A stretch of 64,000 nucleotides of DNA, taken from contig NC_043002.1 of assembly GCF_006345805.1 (NCBI RefSeq), positions 8,432,001-8,496,000 of the forward strand, given 5' to 3'. The translations under genes and the position numbers were made by a program. This DNA comes from Octopus sinensis. Taxonomy: Eukaryota. Positions 51,902 to 64,000 of the stretch are shown here, piece after piece (within the stretch, counting starts at the first letter, position 1; the number at the start of each line of letters is the position of its first letter). A model generated the notes under the pieces. That model was not told the origin of the DNA, did no database searches, and worked only from the letters and a program-made list of their open reading frames with translations.

Positions 51902-54900
51902 CTCTCTAATGCTGATCTGCATAGGGTTGCCTGATGATTTGGAGATTATTCATCATCATCGTTTAACATCCGCTTTCCATGCTAGCATGGGTTGGACGAT
52001 TTTGACTGAGGGCTGGTGAACCAGATGGCTGCACCAGGCTCCAATCTTGATCTGGCAGAGTTTCTACAGCTGGATGCCCTTTCTAACACCAACCACTCTG
52101 AGAGTGTAGTGGGTGCTTTTTACATGTCACCGGCACAGGGGCCAGCCAGGCGGTACTGGCAACGACCCCGCTCGAATCTTTTACACATGCCACCAGCACA
52201 GGTACCAGTAAAGCAACGTTGGTAATGATCACGCTCGAATGGTGACCTTTTATGTGCCACCGGCACGGAAGCCAGTTGGCTGCTCTGGCAATGGACACAC
52301 TCGGATGGTGCTCTTGGCACCTTACTAGCACAGGCACAAGTGCCAGTAAGGCGACGCTGGTAACTATAACGATAATATATTGTATAATCTTATGGATGTT
52401 GCATGTCTTACATTACTGAATATATGATGTTACATCATAATAAAATCCAATGAAATAATGTAGTAAGACTGTATAACTCCTTCATACATCTTTTTATTAT
52501 TACACACACACACACACGAGTAAATATATTCATAAATGCATATTTATGTATGTGCATTTATGAATATAATTACATACATATATATATGTGTGTATATGTA
52601 TTCTGTGCATATTTATATATGTGTATGTGTACATACACATACAGAGAAACAAACCCACACATAACTAATTCACTCAGCTATGCAAACCCGCACACAACTG
52701 ATTCACATACATATGCACTCACTCAGACACCCACTATACATGTATCAATTTGATCTCGTTTTAAGATTCACTGATGCATTAACATTGTCTGGTTTTATAA
52801 TCAATACACAAACAGATTTCTGTAAATATTTTCTTGCACTTACTTTCCCCATGGGAGAGATGAGGTACATTATCGAAATTTGGATATTTTGACATAAATT
52901 GTTGAAGTTAGTATTTTACACATGTGGATCCTCTGAATGCTAACTAACCAAGTATGAAGTTATGCCATGCACACCCCACACACCCCTGCATGCAATACAT
53001 AACATCACGCTTTGTAGACAGGATGACCTTCAAGCACCACATGGATCAGGGTTGAAGGGTTTCCAGCTGATCAACCCTTCCCCGTCATCCAGTTTAACCA
53101 CTGCTACTGGACTTGGAGCAGGAAGCAGAGATGCTCATTGCCCAAGCCACAGATGGCCTTCGCATGATTCTGTTGAGGATGGACCATGTGTTGCAACCAC
53201 AAGGGCCACACACTTGGCCACCCACCTTCAGCAGTGACATCACTAGTATTGGTGCCATACTGGAGTTGGTTAGGGTAGTTGCAGTGGGCTGCTGGTTGTC
53301 TCAGATATATATTTCTTTACTACCCACAAGGGGCTACACACAAAGAGGACAAACAAGGACAAATGGATTAAGTCGATTACATCGACCCCAGTGTGTAACT
53401 GGTACTTAATTTATCGACCACAAAAGGATGAAAGGCAAAGTCGACCTTGGCGGAATTTGAACTCAGAACGTAACGGCAGATGAAATATGGCTACACATTT
53501 CGCCCAGCATGCTAACGTTTCTGCCAGCTCGCCGCCCTGGTTGTCTCAGATATAATTGAAATCTGCCTTGTTTGTACCATTCCACATGGCTGTGATGGTT
53601 TGATATTGGAGTTTCCTTCTCCTAGATGGACCGGTTTTTATGCTGATGTGCTCCACCTCTTCAAAAGCACATGTTAGTTAAGACTTGGGAACAATAGTGA
53701 CTAAGAAGTGGTTCTACACTCCTCAAGGCCCAGGAACTCCCACACCAACTCCCCACTACTGGATGCAGTTTAAAGTTTTATCAAGGACAGTACATTATGG
53801 TACAGCATTGCCTTACTGGCACCTGCGCCAGTGGCATGTGTAGAAGATTCAAGCGAGGTCGTTGCCAGTGCCGCCAGACTGGCCCCGTGCCGGTGGCACG
53901 TAAAAAGCACCCACTACACTCTCGGAGTGGTTGACATTAGGAAGGGCATCCAGCTGTAGAAACTCTGCCAGATCAAGATTGAAGCCTGGTGCAGCCATTT
54001 GGTTGGCCAGCCCTCAGTCAAAATCGTCCAACCCATGCTAGCATGGAAAGCAGATGTTAAATGATGATGATGATGATGAGAGCATGGTACCTGTTGAATT
54101 GAGCAGCAAGAAGCATAATTCTAAGTGATTTTGCTGAGGTCAACTCTGTCTTTCACCTTTCCAAAGACAATATAATAAAGTACCAGTCAAATAATGGGTT
54201 TGATATAATTGAATCTAACCTCTGATATCTGAGGTTTTTGTGTCTAAGTTAGAAATCAATGAAAGTGTTTAGTCAAATAAGTTAAATCCAGTACTTATTT
54301 TGAGTATGGTACTTTTTGCTACCAATCTCTTTTTGCTGAACTACTAAATTGCAAGGATGTAAACAAACCGACACTGGCAGTTAAAAGGAGGTCTGGGAAC
54401 AAACACAAAGATGCATACACACATACATATGACAAGAAGCTCCCCACACACCTAATACCACGTGATTGCAAAGTGAACATCTCAGCCACACAGTCAGGCC
54501 TGTCCTGTTTGATTTTCTTTAAGAAGCTCTGAACGAAACTGAGTTGTTCAATCAGCCACAGCAGATTACTGGTACTTATTTTATCAACCTGATTAAAATG
54601 AAAAAATCTTTTCAAATTTAGCTTTTAGAAATTTGAAAAGATTTTGCATACAGTTTGAGGAAATGGCATGACTAAGAAGATATAGTATTTGTCTACAAAC
54701 ATATAAGTTTAGGGTTATATTTGTTGTAGGTATTTCATTTTGTCTGTATATAGAAAATTTAATTCTGCACTGTCTCTCTTTAGCTTTTTCTTTTAGAAGT
54801 AGGTGACAGGCTCTTCTCAGAAAGTGATCTGTCATTCAGTGTGACATAAAGAAACTGAAATTAAGTGCTTCAAATGCTATTGTAGTAAGTTACAGTCTAT

Positions 54901-55704
54901 CGCAAGCATTCAGGTTAGGTCTTTGTCTAAAGATAAATATCTTCTTTCTTTCTTGGAAGCCCTGAAAAATGTCATAAATTTCTTGTTCATATCTGGTTAA
55001 CACATGTAAAAAAATAAAAATAGATAAAATAAAAAAAGTTACACTAGCTACCTTTAATGATATACCAAAACAATTGGGATGAAATTTTTAAAGACATTAT
55101 GGAGATCAGAGAAATTATGCTGCATTAAAACAACAATTCTGTAAGAATATAAATCCAAACCAGATGATTGTAGATAACATATTAGAGTAGTAAAAATGGG
55201 AAATCACTGCCACAACTCTATAAAGCAACACATAGAATAGTCAAAGTCCCTTTGTTTTTCATTTCCCCAGGGTTAATAAGTAAATGAGGTCAAGAGACAC
55301 CAATGCTGTAAGTCATTGCAAATAACTACTTCCAGATCAGAATCTAACTTACTATCATAAAATTAAATATAATAAACTGGAAAGACCATGAGTGACATTT
55401 AACGAGTCAACAAGGATTTGAAGGTTGTATATAATAAAATGTCATTATATCAAAAGCAAATGTTAAGATTTTCTGTAAGCATTAATCTCTCTTTCTCTTA
55501 ATCTCTCTCTCTCTCTCTCTCTCCTCTTTCTCTCTCTCTCTATATCTATATATATATATATATACATACACATACATATATATATATGCATGTATGAATT
55601 ATATATCTTATATATGTATATCAATCTATATATACATATATGTATATATCTCTGTGCGTGGATGTTTGTGTTATATATCATATATGTACACCTATCAATC
55701 TATC

Positions 55705-55749
<45 letters not shown>

Positions 55750-57174
55750 GCACAAACACAAGGTGGATACAGAAAGGCTGAGATTGATAGACACAGGAAA
55801 GTGGAAGGAAGGAAGGAAGAGTGATTTGTACTAATTTTGATTTTCTTTTTCATCTAAACGCTGAATATGATTTAATATTATTAAATAATAACGAAGCAGT
55901 CATAGCTACAAAAAACAAAAAAAAGAAGACAAGTCTTGTATGTTTTTAATTACTGACGATAAAGTCAATAACAGTTTCTGTTTACATGCAAAAATTGTTA
56001 ATGTGATGGATTGAGTGATTTTTAGTAGTTTACAAATCTCTTCCCTTTAATCCAAATGACAATGAGGACATTGTAAGAAAGTGAATTTTGCAGTAATTAT
56101 TCATCATCATCATCATCATCGTTTAACGTCTGCTTTCCATGCTAGCATGGGTTGGACGTGTAACTGAGTCCTGGCAAACCAGTTGGCTGCACCAGGCTCC
56201 AATCTTGATCTGGCAGAGTTTCTACAGCTGGATGCCCTTCCTAACGCCAACCACTCCGAGAGTGTAGTGGGTGCTTTTTACGTGTCACCTGCATGGAGGC
56301 CAGTCAGGCGGTACTGGCAATGACCTCACTCGAATCTTTTACACATGCCACCGGCGCGGGTGCCAGTAAGTTGATGCTGGTAACGATCAGGCAATGTTGG
56401 TAACGATCAGCGATGCTGGTGAGCAACTAAATTACTGTCGGCAAAACTAGTGCAAAACTTTAAGAGGGTAAGTTCCACATGGATTTGTACATTAGCAGTC
56501 TCTGTCAGACATACCATGGCATCCGTATTTAGAGCCATCGCTATCATCATAATAATCAATAACAAACATTATCATCAATAATCAACAATACATTTCTGAT
56601 AAAAATGTTTACAAACCTTGGAATAAAAGAAAATATAAAACTGACTTGGGCAAAATTTCAATTTAGATATAAAAACCATCTAAACCAGCATTTTTTTATG
56701 GTCAGTGCCAATTCTATTACTCTAAGACAAGTTAGATATTGATCAGAGTAGAAAGAGAGTAGCAATTGAATTATTTGATCTGAAAGACTGATTTATGTGG
56801 GAATCAAAATATTTATAAACAATCATAAAAAAAGATGCATACAACCAAATGTATACACAACCATTTATATATATAAATCTCTCTCTATATATATCCATTT
56901 TCCATGCAGGCATGTATTGGAAAGTGATTTTTTTTTAAAGCAGTGCCTTATGGTTGGATGCCCTTTCTATCACCAACCCTTTTAATCACCTAAACATTTG
57001 TTTGTAAGGATCTGTAAATGTTTATAGCTGCTATGAGTATTTGCATATTTTAGATTTATATATTAATGCTTATATATGTGAGTACATATATATTCCCATG
57101 TGTATACACAAATATATATTGATAGGTGTATTCTAAAGACTGTATCTATATTTCCATTATATAATAACATAGGT

Positions 57175-57460
57175 GGAGGCGCAATGGCCTAGTGGTTAGG
57201 GCAGCGGACTTGTGGTTGGAGGATCACGGTTTCGATTCCCAGACCGGGAGTTGTGTGTGTTTATTGAGCGAAAACACCTAAAAGCTCCACGAGGCTCCGG
57301 CAGGGGGTGGTGATCCCTGCTGTACTCTTTCACCACTCTTTCTTCTGTTAGCCTGCTCATTTAGCCAGCGGGGTGGCGTCATTCAAAGGCTAAAACAATG
57401 CGAACGCATTGTGACCAGCGATGTGTAACAACATCTGATGGTCTGGTCGGTCACGTGATA
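57175..57460 (+). mobile_element. SINE family D, tail type 4
   Basis: Same head and core; tail ...GCGAACGCATTGTGACCAGCGATG...GGTCACGTGAT. Confidence 0.75.
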
Positions 57461-58423
57461 ATAACATAGTATCTTATTCATTAACATGATTTAATATGTC
57501 CAAAACATTCAAATTCCGCTGAGGTTGACTTTGCCTTTCATCTTTTCGGGGTCGATAAATTAAGTACCAGTTACACACTGGGGTCGATATAATCGACTTA
57601 ATACCTATGTCTGTCCTTGTTTGTGCCCTCAATGTTTAGCCCCTTGTGGGTAATAAAGAAATAGGTATATATTTTTTGAATCAAAATATGTTACTTTTTA
57701 TGGTTTTGCTGTAGTTTGTGATAGAAAGGGCATCCAGCCATAGAAACGAAACTAGAAATGAAATGCAAGAGCAAGACATGGCTCTCAAACCTGTTTATGA
57801 AAGCAATAGCTCCAAATAAGAAGTGACTTGAACTGTGACAATCTATCCAGCTATTGCCAGCAAGATAATCATCATCATCATCGTTTAATGTCCACTTTCC
57901 ATGCTGGCATGGGTTGGACAGTTTGACTGGGGTCTGGGAAGCCAGGAGGCTGCACCAGGCCCAGTCTGATCTGGCAGTGTTTCTACAGCTGGATGCCCTT
58001 CCTAACGCCAACCACTCCGTGAGTGTAGTGGGTGCTTTTTACATGCCACCGGCACAGGTGCCGGGGGAGGCTGGCAACAGCCACGATCGGTTGGTGCTTT
58101 TACGTGCCACCGGCACGGAGGCCAGTTGAGGCGGCGCTGGCAACGGCCACGTTCGGATGGTTCTTTTATGTACCACCGGCACTGGTATCACAACTGATGT
58201 TGATGATGATGACACTAATGATACACAGATTACAGTTTTATTGAACAAATCATGTTAATCAATGGATGTTTTGATGCTAATTGAACAGATTTTTGCTATT
58301 GTCTACAAATACCAATTCCAAGTTATATAATGACAAGTGACAGACACATTAGCACATGATGCCCACTATATTTTCACATTATTATGCAGATCATCACTGT
58401 TTTCACAAGATTTTACTGTTTAA

Positions 58424-58621
58424 CCATTTAATTACCATATTCCTGTTGAAATACATTGTGTTTGTTTCAAAAAAATTTTGAAATTACCTTTTTATTAATG
58501 AAGTGGTGTTTGGAACATAAAACGGAATTTTTAATGAAGGATTTTAATTTAGATCACTTCAAATCATGAAATTTGTATTGCAAATCCAGAGCAGTCTCTC
58601 AAGGGGTTGGTATCAAAAGGG
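58424..58621. mobile_element. Older piggyBac-type MITE
   Basis: TTAA flanks, right end ...GGTATCAAAAGGG|TTAA; related fragments near 18690 and 49900-50100. Confidence 0.55.
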
Positions 58622-58842
58622 TTAAAACCAACAGATGTATGGTGGGCTGTAAACAGACACACCAGATGACCACCTACATACACACCGTCTTTGATACAAC
58701 TAATACTTCCATCAAGTCAATTAAACCTACGTAGAACTTCCTTTTAATTTTATTACAGTCATGAACCAAATGTTGTTGTTGTACAGCTTTGTGTCAGCTT
58801 TGACTGAATAAGATTCTGGCCAAAGGCTTTCAATAATGATCT

Positions 58843-59165
58843 GTGGCCGTTGCCAGCACCGCCTCGACTGGCTTCTGTGCCGGTAGCACATAAAAAGCAC
58901 CATCCGAACGTGGCCGATGCCAGCGCCGCCCCGACTGGCTTCTGTGCCGGTAGCACATAAAAAGCACCGTCCGAACGTGGCCGATGCCAGCACTGCCTCG
59001 ACTGGCTCCAGTGCTGGTGGCACATAAAAAGCACCATCCGAATGTGGCCGTTGCCAGCGCTGCCTTGGCTGGCTTCCGTGCCGGTGGCACGTTAAAAGCT
59101 CCAACCTATCGTGGCCGATGCTGGAGCCCCTGGCACCTGTGCAGGTGACACGTAAAAAGCACCTA
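58843..59165 (+). repeat. Tandem 67-bp modules at the 5' side of a family A copy
   Basis: Unit starts at 58843, 58910, 58977, 59044, 59111. Confidence 0.9.
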
Positions 59166-59678
59166 CTACACTTGCGGAGTGGTTGGCATTAGGAAGGGCA
59201 TCCAGCTGTAGAAACTCTGCCAGATCAGACTGGAGCCTGGTGCAGCCCCTGGCTTCCCAGACCCCGGTCGAACCGTCCAACCTGTGCTAGCGCGGAAAAC
59301 AGACGTTAAACGATGATGATGATATATATCAGTGTATCATTTTTTTTTTTATTTAAGATGGTTGGGTGAATAATTTTCACATATACAAATGAAAATGGTT
59401 GCAACACATTAGATCAAAGTTTGTTATTTACCAAGAAATTGACTGATAGCTACTCTGTACTATGCATGATTCAGCCACAACATAGATGCTGTTGTTTTTT
59501 TCTTTCAGACAAAAACAACAGCATCATGCCTTTCGAAAGCATATATATATATGTTAAGTCTGATACACAGATAATGTCTTTATTTTAAAAATCATAACCA
59601 ATGAATAATTTTCACATTATGTTCTTTAAACAACTACCAATCTACTTAAATTATAAATAAAAGTAACAACACTTTTAA

Positions 59679-59899
59679 CCCTTGTGTTACTGTATTTATT
59701 TTGAGGTGCCCTGTGTTTCTTTCAATTACTTTAACTATAACAAAGAATTTAGTAAAATAACTTAGTTATCATTCCGCTAGTGTTAGGAACATAAATTGTG
59801 ACTAAAGTTTGGTGGAAGATTTTAATTCAAAACTTATGAAAACAAGACCTTTGTACTACAGAGCCAGAGCCGGTTTCAGCCGGGTTGGTAATGAAAGGG
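59679..59899. mobile_element. piggyBac-type MITE, inverted copy of 12931-13151
   Basis: TTAA flanks, same length, CCC/GGG termini. Confidence 0.85.
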
Positions 59900-61651
59900 T
59901 TAAAGATAAGTGACTATCAGAAAGAGATCTATTTGTGAATAAACTGAAGCACAGTGAATAAAAAGTTAATGATAACTCATTACTCATTTACTTGCTTCAG
60001 TCATTTGACTGCGGCCATGCTGGAGCACCGCCTTTAGTCGAGCAAATCGACCCCGGGACTTATTCTTTGTAAGCCCAGTACTTATTCTATCGGTCTCTTT
60101 GGCCAAACCGCTAAGTGACGGGGACATAAACACACCAGCATTGGTTGTCAAGCAATGCTAGGGGGACAAACACAAACACACACACACACACATATATACA
60201 TATATATGACAGGCTTCTTTCAGTTTCCGCCTACCAAATCCACTCACAAGGCATTGGTCGGCCCGGGGCTATAGCAGAAGACACTTGCCCAAGATGCCAC
60301 ACAGTAGGACTGAACCCGGAACCATGTGGTTGGTTAGCAAGCTACTTACCACACAGCCACTCAACTTATAATAGTTGAAAAAAAAACCCCAACAATTTAA
60401 ACTTAAGTATTCTTAGGCAAGATACATTTCCTTACTTTCTTCAGTCAATTTAATCTACATGAGATATGGTTATGGAGCAAGATGTCTCTAAGTTGTACAC
60501 TCAAATCAAATCTAGAAACATATTATGAAACAAACTTCTTCACTGCATGGGCACAGAATACGAGACACTTATGAAATGATTTTAGAGATAGAAGAGAGTT
60601 CTTATTAGAAGATAAAAGTATCTCTTATTCACTTAACATAAAAAAGCCAGCACTTAGTAGCTAAGTACTAGTCCTCGAAAACACTTGAGCTTAAGAGACA
60701 TTTATATTTACAAATTTTCAATTGTTAAAAGCAAAGAGTTTGGAAATTTAGAATAAATGTTCAAAAGTTTAAAATAAGGGTACTAATTAAATAATGAAAA
60801 AGATAATCAAAGGAAAGTGCTAATAAGTATTTTGTTTCACACCTTATATTACAATGTAGCCTAACTCTACATTACCTGCAATGCTAGTAGGGTGCCAAGA
60901 GCACAATCCGAGTGTGATCGTTGCCAGAGCAACTATCTGGCCTCCATGCTGGTGGCACGTAAAAGACACCATCTGAGTGTGATCATTACCAGCATTGCCT
61001 TACTGGCACTTGTGCCGGTGGCATGTGTAAAAAGATTCGAGCGAGGTCGTTTCCAATACCACCTGACTGGCCCCCGTGCCAGTGGCACGTAAAAGCATCC
61101 ACTACATTCTCAGAGTGGTTGGCATTAGGAAGGGCATCCAGCTGTAGAAACACTGCCAGATCAAGATTGAAACCTGGTGCAGCCATCTGGTTCGCCAGCC
61201 CTCAGTCAAACCATCCAACCCATGCTAGCATGGAAAGCGGACGTAAAACGATGATGATGATGGTAAATAATAAAAAAAAAAACCTTCACAAGTTACAAGA
61301 GCTTATCATGTAAATGTTTAGTTCCATATTCAGAAGCATTAAACGAATCAAAGACAACATCCCATCAGAGATAGAATTTGGAGTCTGCCACTGGTAACAT
61401 TCTCAAAATAAAATATCCGTTGTGTATTTGTTTAACTCATGGTGCACTGGTGCAAGCAGAATTAAATGTCCCAGTAAAACAAATAAAACACCAACTCTCA
61501 TCAAACCTATTCGTTATCTTATTAATTAAGCCTTTTTGCATCTACTTCAAGTGATATTTTGAACTTAAATATTATATAGACAGATGTGCATATGCATGGG
61601 TGTATATTTCAGTTTGAAATGTATTTTTATATCAACATTAAACAGACTTAC

Positions 61652-61768
61652 TCGACGAAATCGAAGCCAGCTGTCATGGTGGTACTCCAACTGACCGTCA
61701 AAAGCACTTGGTAGTTGGTCTACACCAATGTAGGACTGTAAGACATCAGGAGACTGCAACACCTCAAT
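61652..61768 (-). CDS. PLEKHG4: Exon A of SEC14/spectrin-repeat RhoGEF (puratrophin-1/PLEKHG4-like); end of SEC14/CRAL-TRIO domain
   Basis: Acceptor TTTTCTTTTTAG, donor CGA|GTAAGT; 117 nt, phase 0-0; IEVLQSPDVLQSYIGVDQLPSAFDGQLEYHHDSWLRFRR has the QL...FxGxLxYxHxxW motif ending SEC14 domains of Trio/Dbl/PLEKHG4 proteins. The symbol is a family-level best guess (MCF2L/SESTD1-like not excluded). Confidence 0.85.
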
Positions 61769-61832
61769 CTAAAAAGAAAAAATATTAAGAGGATTTAATT
61801 CAAAGATGCTTGTTGCATTGCATGTGTGTATG

Positions 61833-62190
61833 TGAGAGAGAGGGGGGGAGAAAGAAAGAGAGAGAGAGAAAGAAAGAGAGAGAGATAGAGGGAGAGACAA
61901 GAGAGAGAGAAAGAAAGAGAGAGAGATAGAGGGAGAGACAAGAGAGAGAGAAGAGAGAGAGAAGAGAAAGAGAAAAGAGAGAGAAAGAGAGAGAAGAGAA
62001 AGAAAGAGAGAGAGGAGAGAGAGAAAAAAGAGGAAGAGAGAGAGAGAGCGAGTAAAGAGAGAGAAAGAGAGAGAGAAGAGAGAGAAAGAGAGAGAAGAAG
62101 AGAGAGAGAGAAAGAGAGAGTGAGAGAGAAAAGAGAGAGAGAGATAGATAGAGAGAGAAGAAGAGAGAGTGAGAGAGAGAGAGAGAGAGT
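61833..62190. repeat. ~350-bp GA-rich polypurine tract
   Basis: Directly visible. Confidence 0.95.
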
Positions 62191-64000
62191 CTCTGTGTAT
62201 GTACATGTAAGATAAATATTAAATGGAGGAGGCCAACGGACTGTAGCTATGTTGGGGAACCATTTTAAAAAGTTTCAGTCAATTATGCCAATCTTATACT
62301 TTTAATCAGGTACGTACTAAGCCTTAGTAAAGAACTTAGTAGAAGGCAGGCAAGATAAATTTAGCATGATAAGCATTTTGGTAAGTTAAGAAGGACCTCT
62401 TCCTCAAGATGAAGATAAAAGTTGTAATTTGAAGGAAAATATAAGTTACAGCAAAGACATTATGTAACACACACATCAAAGTATTTTAAAGAAAAATGTC
62501 CTACATCATAATTGAACAATCCACATCATCATTTATTACAAGATGCTGTGGATATGATGCTGAGAATTAGTCTTCTTCTTATCATTCAGCAAACATTGCC
62601 TGTTAGCAGAAATAGTATCTGCATCTAACAGCAAGGAAGAGAAAACAATTGGTGATGCTAGTCTTCATTATCATCATCATCATCATCATTGTTTAACGTC
62701 TGCTTTCCATGCTGGCATGGGTTGGACGGTTTGACTGAGGGCTGGCGAACCAGATGGCTGCACCAGGCTCCAATCTTGATCTGGCAGAGTTTCTACAGCT
62801 GGATGCCCTTCCTAATGCCAACCATTCCGAGAGTGTAGTGGGTGCTTTTACGTGCCACCAGCACGGGGCCAGTCAGGCGGTACTGGCAACGACCTCACTC
62901 GAATCTTTTTACACATGCCACCAGCACAGGTGCCAGTAAGGCGATGCTGGTAACGATCACGCTCGAATGGTGCCTCCTACATGCCACTGGCACGGAAGCC
63001 AGTTAGCCGCTCTGGCAACGATCACGTTCAGATGGTGCTCTTAGCACCCTACTAGCACAGGGCACAAGTGCCAGTAAGGCGAAGCTGGTAATGATCACAC
63101 TCGAATGGTGCCTTTTATGTTCCACTGGCACAGAAGCCGGTTAGCCGCTCTGTCAACGATCATGCTCGTATGGTGCTCGTGCCCGTTATCGAATTTCACT
63201 TTGATTTTGATTTTGATCTCACTTGCCTCAACAGGTCTTCGCAAGCAGAGTTTAGTGTCCAAAGAAAGAAAAGGTACGCACAAGTGGGCTGGTTACACCT
63301 CTAGCACAGGCCACGAAGTTATGGTTTTGTGGGTTCTAAAGTATGCAATGATACACTGATGTGCTATGATATATAGCTCAATGTGTTGCAAAAACATGTT
63401 TTTATTTTAATTATGCATAGACCAGTTAAAGGTTGGATGAAAGAAAGAAATCTTATGAGGTCTAAGGTAAAAAGAGCAGCTGAAATCTGTTCTGAATGGT
63501 GATGAATCATCAAATCCTTATTTCCAAATAGGAAGAAGAGGTTTGAATAAATAATAAGCTAGTCTAAAAGCTGCTGAAAGATAATGTTACCATTTCCTAT
63601 AGTAGTAAGCTTCTTAATCTGTGGTAGATATTCACATTTATGTGGACTGGTCATATGTGAATTAATGGCACGTTAAGCACACCATTCAAGCGTGATTGTT
63701 ACCGTGTCACCTTACTAGCACTTGTGCTGGTGGCACATGAAATATTCGAGCGAGGTCGTCGCCAGTGCTGCTGGACTGGCTCCTGTGCAGGTGGCACATA
63801 AAAAGCACCATTTGGGCGTGACTGTTGCCAGTACCGCCTGACTGGCCATCATGCCGGTGGCACGTAAAAGCACCCACTACACTCTCAGAGTGGTTGGTGT
63901 TAGGAAGGGCATCCAGCTGTAGAAATTCTGCCAGATCAGATTGGAGTCTGGTTCGCCAGACCTAAGCCAAACTGTCCAACCCATGCTAGCATGGAAAGTG

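Noticed and set aside
52960-53790. GC-richer stretch possibly from an old RTE 5' region with a ribozyme
   Set aside because: Too decayed and interrupted by a SINE to support a fold or family assignment by eye
58843-59165. CRISPR-like or pistol-ribozyme call for the 67-bp array
   Set aside because: No unique spacers, no cas genes, eukaryotic retroposon context; the pistol pseudoknot/GCG/GU arrangement could not be mapped convincingly

Overview
AT-rich, repeat-saturated eukaryotic DNA. The repeat families and (TA)n/(CA)n/(CAT)n microsatellite load look like an octopus/coleoid cephalopod genome (inference). The whole window appears to lie inside one minus-strand gene. Five GT-AG exons (61652-61768, 50167-50414, 46952-47090, 41453-41575, 3074-3271) join in frame into 275 aa: the end of a SEC14/CRAL-TRIO domain followed by spectrin-like repeats, typical of puratrophin-1/PLEKHG4-type RhoGEFs. 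The introns, including one of ~38 kb, hold several tRNA-derived SINE families, many 5'-truncated (GAT)n-tailed retroposon copies, RLE-type LINE remnants (R4/Dong-like, HERO-like), CR1 ends, Tc1/maT relics, Helitron- and piggyBac-type non-autonomous elements, Penelope-like inverted insertions and a decayed 5S rRNA copy. The most interesting observations are: a near-canonical type I hammerhead ribozyme in the sense of the host pre-mRNA (49531-49575); tandem ~67-nt structured modules in the retroposon 3' region; SINE multimers inserted as one unit with a TSD; one SINE head carrying four different tails; and a candidate in-frame alternative first exon inside the large intron. All calls were made by eye, no searches were run, and repeat boundaries are approximate. 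Nearly all ORFs in the supplied track are microsatellite or repeat artefacts.
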